This document shows, piece after piece, positions 41,286 to 50,245 of a DNA stretch of 64,000 nucleotides (the first letter of the stretch is position 1; each line of letters starts with the position of its first letter). The notes under the pieces are model-generated. The model ran no database searches and had not been told where the DNA came from. It saw only the letters and a list, made by a program, of their open reading frames with translations. The position numbers and the translations under genes are program-made. Source of the DNA: a bacterium (GTDB taxonomy: Bacteria > Zhuqueibacterota > Zhuqueibacteria > Residuimicrobiales > Krinioviventaceae); NCBI GenBank assembly GCA_963674595.2, contig CAXXFV010000006.1, positions 32,001 through 96,000 of the forward strand. The letters are read 5' to 3'.

Positions 41286-43454
41286 CATACCGGCGGCAAG
41301 GACAAGTTTAATAAACGGTATGGTAAACGTCGTAAAAAGCTGTGGGAGGGAAGCGCCGACGATTTTCCTTATACCGATTTCTTTTTTACGCTGTTCAACC
41401 GTCAGTCTGGTCAAGCCAAACAGTCCTAACCCGGCCAGCAAAATTGTTAAAACAGAGGCAAAGGAAACAAGTGCCGATGTATTTTGTTCTGCCCGATAGG
41501 TACGTTCAATACTCTCATCCAAAAATCGATATTCAAAAGGATCATTGGGAGCAAGTTCGCCATAGGTTTTTTTTATAAAATCTATTGTCGCGGGTATTTG
41601 GTGTCCGTTAATTTTTATAAAAATATAATTCAGCCAATAGGAATCGATTTTCAGCACAACCGGGTTAATATTATAATGAAGCGGCTGGGCATGAAAGTCT
41701 TTAACCACGCCAACGATATATCCCGGCGAGTCCCAGAAAGAAAACCGTTTGCCGATGGGATTTTCCATTCCCATGGCTTTAACAGCCGTTTCGTTGACTA
41801 TATAAGCGGCGGAATCATCACCGGCAAAATTTTTCGAAAAAGGGCGTCCTTTAACAATGTTCATATCAAAAGTTTCAAAATAGTCATAATCCACCAGACC
41901 GGCGTTCATGCGTATATGTTGTCCCGGCTGTTTACCTTCCCAATCATAATCTCCGGGTGAAGAGCCGATATTACTCGGCAATTGAAAGGAGGCTGTTACA
42001 TTTGCAATATTTGTATTTTGTTTTAATTTGTCTTTAAATGTTGAATAGTTGTCTAAAAATTCTTTTTTCATTCTCAGGTAAATAACCTGGTCCTTTGTAA
42101 AACCCAAATCTTTGTTTTGAATAAAGGAAAGCTGTTTGGATATAATAATTGTGCCTGTAATTAGAAAAATCGAAATCATGAATTGTAAAATGATCAGACT
42201 TGCACGAAAAACAGTTTTTATCTGTTTGTTTAAAGATGTGCTCTTTAACATTAAAAAGGGCTGATAATTGGACAATACCAGTGAGGGATAGGCTCCGGCC
42301 AAAAAAGCTGTTAAAATTGTTATTGCAACACTGCCTGCCAGGATAGTATGGTTCAGGACGGATGTAAATTGAAAGGACTTGCCAGATATTTGGTTGAATG
42401 CCGGCAGAACAAAATCAATTAATAAAAGAGATAAAAGTAATGCAAATAAGGTAATAATCAGGGTTTCTAAAAAAAACTGACCGCAGAGATATCTTTTGGA
42501 ACTACCGAATATTTTCCGCATACCGATTTCATTTAGTCGACGCGAAAACTGGGCGGTGGTTAAAATGATATAGTTTATGCCGGCTATTAAAAGAATAAAA
42601 ACAGCCAGTGCCGAAAATATCCATACATATTTTATGCTGCCCCGGTTATTCATATCATAACTCAGGTTGGAGTGTAGATGGATTTTACCAAAGGGCTGCA
42701 AATAGACATAATTCTTTTTTTCAGGAATATATTTTTGCAAAAATGAGCGAATTTTTGTATTGACGGCTGCTAACGGCGCATCCGGTTGTAACTGCACGAA
42801 CGAGTAATAGGTATGGGCTCGCCAAAAGTCTATATCAACGCGTTCCCGTAAATATTCAAACGGGACCAATATATCAAATTGTAAACTGGAATTTTCAGGG
42901 ACGTTTTTAAATACACCGGTAATTTGCATAGAGTGTTTTTCTGCAAAGAGTATGGTTTTTCCAATGAGATCATCATCACCGAAATATTTTTTAGCCATGT
43001 TTTCTGACAGCATCATTGTAAAAGGTTCGACAAGCTGGGGCGAACCATTGTCTTTGACAATCGGAAAAGAAAACATGTCCAGAAAATCGGGGTCAACAAA
43101 GGCCACATTTTTTTCTTTATAAATATTATCCTCTTTTTTAATAATCCACTCACCAAAGTTATTACATCTTGTGGCTTTTATGATTTCAGGAAATTCGTTT
43201 TTCAATGCCGGTGCAAGGGGTCCCGGGGTAACGGCCTGATGAATTATCTGGTCGCTTGTTTCGTTTTGAATAACCACCCGGTAAAGGTTATCAATATTCT
43301 GATGAAAACGGTCAAAAGTCAGTTCATCATGCACCCATAAAAATACAAGGATAGCACTGGAAAGACCCAAAGTCAGTCCGATAATATTGATAAAAAAGGT
43401 GGTTTTGTTTTTTGCTGCTTGTCTGAAAAATGTTTTTATAATATTTTTCAACAT
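41097..43454 (-). CDS. Duplicated MacB/FtsX-type ABC permease (6th)
   Basis: ELTFDRFH, EIGMRK, RKKEIGIRKIVGA, NPVESLRYE. Confidence 0.92.
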   Translation of the reverse strand: MLKNIIKTFFRQAAKNKTTFFINIIGLTLGLSSAILVFLWVHDELTFDRFHQNIDNLYRVVIQNETSDQIIHQAVTPGPLAPALKNEFPEIIKATRCNNFGEWIIKKEDNIYKEKNVAFVDPDFLDMFSFPIVKDNGSPQLVEPFTMMLSENMAKKYFGDDDLIGKTILFAEKHSMQITGVFKNVPENSSLQFDILVPFEYLRERVDIDFWRAHTYYSFVQLQPDAPLAAVNTKIRSFLQKYIPEKKNYVYLQPFGKIHLHSNLSYDMNNRGSIKYVWIFSALAVFILLIAGINYIILTTAQFSRRLNEIGMRKIFGSSKRYLCGQFFLETLIITLFALLLSLLLIDFVLPAFNQISGKSFQFTSVLNHTILAGSVAITILTAFLAGAYPSLVLSNYQPFLMLKSTSLNKQIKTVFRASLIILQFMISIFLITGTIIISKQLSFIQNKDLGFTKDQVIYLRMKKEFLDNYSTFKDKLKQNTNIANVTASFQLPSNIGSSPGDYDWEGKQPGQHIRMNAGLVDYDYFETFDMNIVKGRPFSKNFAGDDSAAYIVNETAVKAMGMENPIGKRFSFWDSPGYIVGVVKDFHAQPLHYNINPVVLKIDSYWLNYIFIKINGHQIPATIDFIKKTYGELAPNDPFEYRFLDESIERTYRAEQNTSALVSFASVLTILLAGLGLFGLTRLTVEQRKKEIGIRKIVGASLPQLFTTFTIPFIKLVLAAGMIAAPLAWYAMNKWLQNFAYRIDLTIWPFLLAGVSALVIALLTISFQTIRAATANPVESLRYE

Positions 43455-43600
43455 GTTGGGGATTCCTTTTGTGTTTCTAATTTAAACTCAACTATAAAAT
43501 GGGTTCAAAGTTGGAAAGCCATCCTATCTGAGGCTATTTCGCCAGTCTATTAGCGATTATCAACGTTAGTTTTAAAATTATCCAATATTACATTTAGTGA

Positions 43601-45313
43601 TCATTTATTTTCGTTGTTGAATAGATAAGCATAGGCATTTTTAAATAGCATCAGTTTCAACATTCGTTTTGCCAGTGTGTTTCCCGGGAAAACTGTTAAA
43701 GCTTTTTTATAGTATTTTTCTGCCTGGGTATAATTTCCTGCGATTTCATTACGCTGTGCAAGCGCATACCAGCTTTCTGTCCAGTCAGGGCATTCTTTGG
43801 TATATAAAGTCAGAAAGTTTGCATAATCTTCAATACTCTTTTTGTTTGGCAGCAGCCAAAAAAGAAAATCATTTATCAACATTCCTTTATTAATTCCTGT
43901 TGCTTTGTATTGTTTTATAAAATTGTAATATACTTTTTCAAGCCCTTCATAGCCATTGTTTGTATATGCTTCTGACAGCTCTGTTTTGAATTGTTCTTTC
44001 AGGTTTTTGACGTTATCAAAATTGAAAATAAACTCAAGAACAGGGTCTTCATTGTTGCGAAAATTTTTTGATGATAGAGGGATATAAAAATCCGGTCTTG
44101 TGCAATCTGCCATCTCCCATTCAGTGGTGTCCTGATGGTAAATTTGCGATGTACGTACAGGCAATTTACTGTTCGGAAGGGTAAACATTCTTTGTGCCCC
44201 GTAGTGATTTGGCCTGCCGCCTGTATTCTCACCAACAAATGTTGCATTTGTATAAATATCAAATTGTGTTGCAAAATGTTGTGATGCAGAGCCGGTTACT
44301 CGTCCGATTATGACAAATAGTTTATCAGGTTTATCCAGGTTTGGACGAGCTATTATACCTTTAAGAAGAGGCATTTCAAAATGATCACCGCCTCCATTGT
44401 TCCTAACATCGAGGACAAGTTTTTCTGCTCCCTTTTCATCAAATTTTTCAAGCACCTCTTTATAAAATCTGTCAAAATCGCCTTCAGATTTTGGCTGCAT
44501 CTCTTTTAAATACACAAACATTGTTTTGTGCTCTGGAATGTATTGATACCAGTATGCATCTCCTGGTTTAGACAAATATAGGGGCAGCGGTTGATTCGAC
44601 ACATCATTCAACTCGAGAAACCCTTTTTTATTTTGACCGTTCCTGTAAGTGATAATTAATTTTAACACCTCCATAAATGGCATAGGTTCAATTGTGTATT
44701 CGAATTGTTCTGATAATTCATTTTGTAAAGTAAGAACAAGTTTTTTGTCCGTTATCCCAACATTACAATAATCTAATGCACCAACCAGAGAAAAATATAA
44801 ATCGCATAATGCCAATCGTCCGTTATAATTATCACCATTAATTAAATTCATTAATTTATCACGAGTATCATCGGCCGTCAGGTTTCCAAATTTTAATACC
44901 TTGCATCCCAATATTTTTTTATGCTTTGCACTTATGCCTTTTACGAATATTCCATCTGAAAATTGATACATAAAAACAGGATACATATCATAATAGCTTA
45001 GAGCTGTAGAATCTTCTGTTTGCCATAGGGCAATGCCGGTATGCATGTCTTTAATTTTTGCCATTAATTCGTGAATACCAAACACCACTTTTTGATCGGA
45101 TAAATCAGGTATACGTTTTTTTAATTTTTCTGCAGCATCGAGGAATTCGTTTTTATTTATATTTGCGTAAACATTCGGGTGCTGTGTTTCCAAACGGCCA
45201 ATAAGATAATCAATATCCTGGACCCACTTTTCTGTATTCTTGTTTATTTGTGCAAAAATTGAATGAGTCATTATTACAATTGTAAGAATAATAAATTTTA
45301 TCTGATTCATCAA
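43601..45313 (-). CDS. Exported S41-like (tail-specific) peptidase with a C-terminal TPR
   Basis: Signal peptide; W..DIDYL...L...HPN, LVLDVRNNGGG, IGRVTGSAS, VGENTGG, PD; C-terminal A..YYKKAL..FPGN..A. Confidence 0.72.
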   Translation of the reverse strand: MMNQIKFIILTIVIMTHSIFAQINKNTEKWVQDIDYLIGRLETQHPNVYANINKNEFLDAAEKLKKRIPDLSDQKVVFGIHELMAKIKDMHTGIALWQTEDSTALSYYDMYPVFMYQFSDGIFVKGISAKHKKILGCKVLKFGNLTADDTRDKLMNLINGDNYNGRLALCDLYFSLVGALDYCNVGITDKKLVLTLQNELSEQFEYTIEPMPFMEVLKLIITYRNGQNKKGFLELNDVSNQPLPLYLSKPGDAYWYQYIPEHKTMFVYLKEMQPKSEGDFDRFYKEVLEKFDEKGAEKLVLDVRNNGGGDHFEMPLLKGIIARPNLDKPDKLFVIIGRVTGSASQHFATQFDIYTNATFVGENTGGRPNHYGAQRMFTLPNSKLPVRTSQIYHQDTTEWEMADCTRPDFYIPLSSKNFRNNEDPVLEFIFNFDNVKNLKEQFKTELSEAYTNNGYEGLEKVYYNFIKQYKATGINKGMLINDFLFWLLPNKKSIEDYANFLTLYTKECPDWTESWYALAQRNEIAGNYTQAEKYYKKALTVFPGNTLAKRMLKLMLFKNAYAYLFNNENK

Positions 45314-45399
45314 GTTTCCTTGTTCTACGTTTATTTTTCTATTGTTGGTTTTAAATTCAGTTTGTTAAATACCAATATTAATTATGTCTCTTAAGATTA

Positions 45400-45552
45400 C
45401 TACTCATACCTTAAACTTTCCACCGGATTGGCCGTAGCTGCCCTTATCGTTTGAAAACTGATTGTTAATAAGGCAATTAATAACGCTGAAAATCCTGCCA
45501 GTAGAAAGGGCCAGATGGTTAAATCGATTCGATAGGCAAAGTGTTGCAGCCA
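45400..45552. repeat. Permease 3'-end direct repeat, copy D (more diverged)
   Basis: Encodes WLQHFAYRIDLTIWPFLLAG..ALLIALLTISFQTIRAATANPVESLRYE with many codons shared with copies A-C. Confidence 0.8.
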
Positions 45553-47796
45553 ATTTTGAACAAAATACCATGCGATGGGAGCAGCAAAAATTGCTGCAAG
45601 ACTCAATAAAAAGATGAATTCTTTGGAAATCATATAGAATATTTGCAAAACAGAAGCGCCTAAAACTTTTCTTACGCCGATTTCTTTGGTGCGTTGTTCC
45701 GTACTGTAGGATATCAATCCCAAAAGGCCTAAACAGGCGATAAATATTGCCAGCGTGGTAAAGGTATTTACTACTTTACGGATTGCCTGTTCTCCGCCAT
45801 ATTGATAAGCATAAATTTGATCCAAAAAACGGTATTCTAATGAGGATGACGGTGCAAATTGTTTCCATTTTTCGTTCAATAGTTCAAGTGCTTCATTTGT
45901 TTTGTCAGGTGCAACGCGTATGGTCATCCAGTTTAGGCTTTTGGGTTTAAGAAAAATTGTGAATGCATCGATTTTGTGATGGAGCGATTCTGTATGAAAG
46001 TCTTTAACAACACCGATAATTTTCCCTGGCTTTTCCATAAATGCCGGTACCCAAAATGATTTGCCGACTGCTGTTTCCCAGCCGAGTTTCTTTTTTAATG
46101 TTTCGTTTATTATATAAGCATCCTTAACATCGGTTTGCATAAGCGGTGAAAAATCCCGTCCTTCGACAAGTTTAAGATTAAAGAACTCTAAAAAATTATA
46201 ATCGACCGCTGTTAATGAGGTTATCCACGATTGATCAGGTATTTGTCCTTCGAACTGAAATGTTTGACCTTCAAAACCTGGAAAATTATTTGGACCAAAG
46301 GCCGAAACATTTTTAATCAGTGTATTGGATAAAAGTTCATGTTTAATAGCAGTCAGGTTTTTTTGTACTGTTTCCGGCATTTTAACAGTAACAACTTGTG
46401 TTTTATCAAATCCAAGGTCTTTATTTTGAATCCAATTCAGTTGTTTTTCAATAAACAGGGTACAAATGATTAATATAATTGAAATGCAAAATTGTGCAGT
46501 AACCAATATCTTTTGCAGGCTTTTGCCTTTCTTTTTATCCTTTGATGAGTTAAACACACTTAGGGGTTGTGGAAGCGACATACTCAGGGCCGGATAAATT
46601 CCTGCCAAGATACCCGTTAAACCCGATAGAATAGCCATGACCATATAAATCAATAATTTATTATTATGGTAAAAACTAAATTCATTATTAAAAGTATTAT
46701 TTGTTTGACTGATTATTGCAAAAATCAATGCAGCTAATATCATGGATATGAAAGACGTTACAACAGATTCACTTATAAATTGTATTGTTAGTTGTTTTCG
46801 ATGAGCGCCGATCATTTTTCGAATACCAACTTCTTTTGAACGTCTCAAAGAACGTGCTGTTGTCAGGTTTATATAATTTATACAGGCAATAACGAGAATT
46901 AATATGGCGATAAAAGAAAGAACATAGACAAAAACAATATCAAACTTTTTCCAGTTTATTTGATCGAACTCTAGTTTCCCGGAATAGAGGTGCATGTCTT
47001 TTAAGGATTGCAAATAAACATCGATTTCCATATCCGGATGGTATTTATTGCAAATACCGGCAATTTTTTTATCCACACTTTTGGGATCAATATTCGATTC
47101 AAGCATGACATACGTATAAAATCCGGCGTCAATTTTTTCTTTTTCTGATTTTTGTTTTTCCAATAGCCAGCTTTTGGGAAAAGGGGCCAGCATGTTGATT
47201 TGAAGATGTGAAGTGTTGGGTATTTCTTTTAATACGGCAGAAATGATATAAGAATTATTCTCTGCAATAGTTATGCTTTTTCCGACTGGATTTTCCCGGC
47301 CAAAGATTTTTTCCGATAATTGCTTTGATAAAATGAGGCTGTTTGGGTTTTTAAAAGCATTTTGGGCATTCCCATATAAAAAATCAAAATCGAAAAATTG
47401 AAAAAAGGAGGGATCTGTAAAATAGAATGAATAAACCTGTGAAATATTATCATTATATTTTACAGGGGTTGCCCCGTTTATACCATATAATCGAACAAAA
47501 TCTTTAATTTCCGGGTAATCCTGTTTTAATATTCGACCCATCCATTCAAACGAACCACAGTGCTGCAATGCGCCAATACCTTCAATATTGGCATCGAGAA
47601 TCGTTCGATAAATGTTGTCTCTGTTTTTGTGAAATCGATCAAATGAAAGATGATAGCCCATAATGATATAAATGAAAAGACAACATAAAAATCCTATTGT
47701 TAATCTCAGGATGTTTATCATTGTATAATATTTTTGTCGAACCAAATAACGTATTGTTGTTTTTAGATAATTTTTAATAATTGACATTTCGTTCAA
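45400..47796 (-). CDS. Duplicated MacB/FtsX-type ABC permease (5th)
   Basis: IACINYINL..ARS..RSKEVGIRK, RTKEIGVRKVLGA, NPVESLRYE. Confidence 0.92.
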   Translation of the reverse strand: MNEMSIIKNYLKTTIRYLVRQKYYTMINILRLTIGFLCCLFIYIIMGYHLSFDRFHKNRDNIYRTILDANIEGIGALQHCGSFEWMGRILKQDYPEIKDFVRLYGINGATPVKYNDNISQVYSFYFTDPSFFQFFDFDFLYGNAQNAFKNPNSLILSKQLSEKIFGRENPVGKSITIAENNSYIISAVLKEIPNTSHLQINMLAPFPKSWLLEKQKSEKEKIDAGFYTYVMLESNIDPKSVDKKIAGICNKYHPDMEIDVYLQSLKDMHLYSGKLEFDQINWKKFDIVFVYVLSFIAILILVIACINYINLTTARSLRRSKEVGIRKMIGAHRKQLTIQFISESVVTSFISMILAALIFAIISQTNNTFNNEFSFYHNNKLLIYMVMAILSGLTGILAGIYPALSMSLPQPLSVFNSSKDKKKGKSLQKILVTAQFCISIILIICTLFIEKQLNWIQNKDLGFDKTQVVTVKMPETVQKNLTAIKHELLSNTLIKNVSAFGPNNFPGFEGQTFQFEGQIPDQSWITSLTAVDYNFLEFFNLKLVEGRDFSPLMQTDVKDAYIINETLKKKLGWETAVGKSFWVPAFMEKPGKIIGVVKDFHTESLHHKIDAFTIFLKPKSLNWMTIRVAPDKTNEALELLNEKWKQFAPSSSLEYRFLDQIYAYQYGGEQAIRKVVNTFTTLAIFIACLGLLGLISYSTEQRTKEIGVRKVLGASVLQIFYMISKEFIFLLSLAAIFAAPIAWYFVQNWLQHFAYRIDLTIWPFLLAGFSALLIALLTISFQTIRAATANPVESLRYE

Positions 47797-47823
47797 ACCT
47801 TAATTAAGAAGGAAAAGAATTTT

Positions 47824-50205
47824 TTACTCATACCTGAGCGCTTTAATTGGATTAGCTGTAGCCGCACGAATCGCCTGCCAACTAATGGACAACATAGCAA
47901 TCATTAATGCTATCAGCCCTGCCAGTAAAAACGGCCAAAATGTAATTTGGGTCCTATATACGAAATTTTGCAGCCAATTTTTCATCACCAAATAGGCTAT
48001 GGGCCAGGCTATTAGATTTGCGAAACCAACCCATTTTAAAAAGTCTTTAGCAAGCAGAGTTATTATACCAGGTACAGAGGCACCCAAAACTTTTCTTACA
48101 CCGATCTCACGGGTTTTGCTTTCAATAATAAAAGAGGACAGGCCCAACAAACCTAAACAACTAATAATTATGGCCAGAATCGCTGCAAAAAGAGATAGTT
48201 TGCCGGTACGTTCTTCAGCCAGAAATTTTGCATTATGAATATCCTGCACGAATTCATATTCAAAGGGAATGTCCGGTAAAATATTTTTGAAAGCTGTTTC
48301 AATTTTTTGTAAAGCGATCCCTTTGTTTACATTCGGCATTAGACGGATATATGTAAAATGTAGACCGTAATCAGAAAGAAAAATTATAGTAGGCACTGTT
48401 TCCGCATAAGGAGACCCTTTGACCATATCCTTAGCAACACCTAAAATTTTATATGTATAATTGGTTTTACTTAAATGTTGACATTTTATGATTTTCCCCA
48501 CAGGTTCAATAAAACCCATCTGTTTTGCTGCTGATTCGTTAATGATAACACCTTCATAATCAGTTATACGATCACGTTGAAAGTCCCGGCCATCAATAAA
48601 CTGTAATCCGATAGTTTTTCCGTATTCCGGATTTGTTACCACCACATTATACGTCGGGTTATAGCCGGGATCTTTTCCTTGCCAGTCAATTCCGCCAATC
48701 CATCCAAAGGTGTTGGTGATGGAGTAATTGGATTCTGTTATTGCATCAACATACCCGGTGTTTAACAGAGCATTTCGCAAAACATTATATTTGTCCCTGG
48801 GAATGTCGGGACGCAGAGCTATCATACCGTCTTTTGAATATCCAACCGGACGATCTTTAACAAATTGTATGTGTTTATAAACAATCAGTGAACCAATAAT
48901 CAAGGTTATTGAAGCAGCAAATTGCAGAATGACCAATGTAGCGCGTAATTTTCGGGATAACCGGCTGCCTGTGGTTTTGGCCCCTTTTAAAGCTTTTACA
49001 GGATTAAAAGAGGACAGGTACAGAGCCGGATAACCGCCTGCAAGAAGGGACGTTAATATGGTAAACAGAATAATGACCAGCCAAAAAGAATAATTACCCC
49101 AGGGCAGGGCCAGGTTTTTGGCAATCAGCTTGTTAAAAAAGTTCAATGATAATTCAACCGTTCCCAAAGACACGGCAGCAGCAAAACAGGATATGATTAA
49201 AGATTCACTTAAAAATCTGCTGATCAGGTCTATTTTAGTCGAGCCAAGTGTTTTGCAAACTCCGATTTCTTTTACCCGTTTTTCAGAACATGCCGTGTTT
49301 AGGTTGACAAAATTTATACATGCTAATAGCACGACCATTATGGCTATTATTGTAAAAAGCCATACCATTTGTAATCGTTCACTCATTACATTGACACCGT
49401 TTTCAAATTTTGAATACAAGTGCCATTTACTCATGGGATGTAAAAAAAGTTCAGGATGATGTTTGGCTTCATCCTGATTAACGAATGGCAGGGTGGCATT
49501 TTTAATAATTGAAGACAGGCGATCCCAATCTTCTGATGACTGCCGCTGAACATACAACCACATGTTGCAGTTGTTCCATTCATTTAATCCGGACCAGCCA
49601 TCCAGATAAATATCAAGGGGAGCTAAAAACGTTGCTTCATTGAATACAGAATTTTGAGGCAGGTCTTTATAAACACCAGTAACTTTGAGGTCATAATTCA
49701 TAACCATTTGAACAATCTTGTTCACAGGATTAATATCACCAAATAGTTTTCTGGCTAGTGAATGTGATAGCAGGATTGTATGCTTATCGTCCAGGCCATT
49801 TTGTGTGCCGTGAACCATTTCGAGTGAAAACATTCGAGGGCCATCCGGCTGCATAAAATATCCGCCTTGAGTAAAGCGTGTGTTTTCATAAGCTATAACC
49901 TTTTGTTCCAATCGTTGGCGGACCAAAGCCGTATATTTAAAATATTCTCCATACTCTGATTTTAGTAAAGTCCCCAGTCCTGTAGGAACAGCATTGCTTG
50001 TCATCCCTGTGTCATCATTACGGAATACCTGGGCTATATCATTATAATTTTTATGATACCTGTTAAATGATAATTCGTCATATATCCACAAAGTGATTAA
50101 AATAGCAACCGACATGCCTAACGCAAGACCGGCAATATTTAAAAGAGTATAATTTTTATTACGAATAAAATTTCTAAATGCCATTTTAACATATTTTATA
50201 AACAT
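47824..50205 (-). CDS. Duplicated MacB/FtsX-type ABC permease (4th)
   Basis: DELSFNRYH, LACINFVNL, EIGVCK, EIGVRKVLGA, NPIKALRYE. Confidence 0.92.
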   Translation of the reverse strand: MFIKYVKMAFRNFIRNKNYTLLNIAGLALGMSVAILITLWIYDELSFNRYHKNYNDIAQVFRNDDTGMTSNAVPTGLGTLLKSEYGEYFKYTALVRQRLEQKVIAYENTRFTQGGYFMQPDGPRMFSLEMVHGTQNGLDDKHTILLSHSLARKLFGDINPVNKIVQMVMNYDLKVTGVYKDLPQNSVFNEATFLAPLDIYLDGWSGLNEWNNCNMWLYVQRQSSEDWDRLSSIIKNATLPFVNQDEAKHHPELFLHPMSKWHLYSKFENGVNVMSERLQMVWLFTIIAIMVVLLACINFVNLNTACSEKRVKEIGVCKTLGSTKIDLISRFLSESLIISCFAAAVSLGTVELSLNFFNKLIAKNLALPWGNYSFWLVIILFTILTSLLAGGYPALYLSSFNPVKALKGAKTTGSRLSRKLRATLVILQFAASITLIIGSLIVYKHIQFVKDRPVGYSKDGMIALRPDIPRDKYNVLRNALLNTGYVDAITESNYSITNTFGWIGGIDWQGKDPGYNPTYNVVVTNPEYGKTIGLQFIDGRDFQRDRITDYEGVIINESAAKQMGFIEPVGKIIKCQHLSKTNYTYKILGVAKDMVKGSPYAETVPTIIFLSDYGLHFTYIRLMPNVNKGIALQKIETAFKNILPDIPFEYEFVQDIHNAKFLAEERTGKLSLFAAILAIIISCLGLLGLSSFIIESKTREIGVRKVLGASVPGIITLLAKDFLKWVGFANLIAWPIAYLVMKNWLQNFVYRTQITFWPFLLAGLIALMIAMLSISWQAIRAATANPIKALRYE

Positions 50206-50245
50206 AGTTGCCTCATATTAACTCAAATATTGGTGATGTTTGTCA

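Noticed and set aside
36398-41499. Three plus-strand ORFs all starting MFIAYQARG (36398, 38905, 41251)
   Set aside because: Antisense shadows of the repeated permease tail; no RBS or independent coding signal
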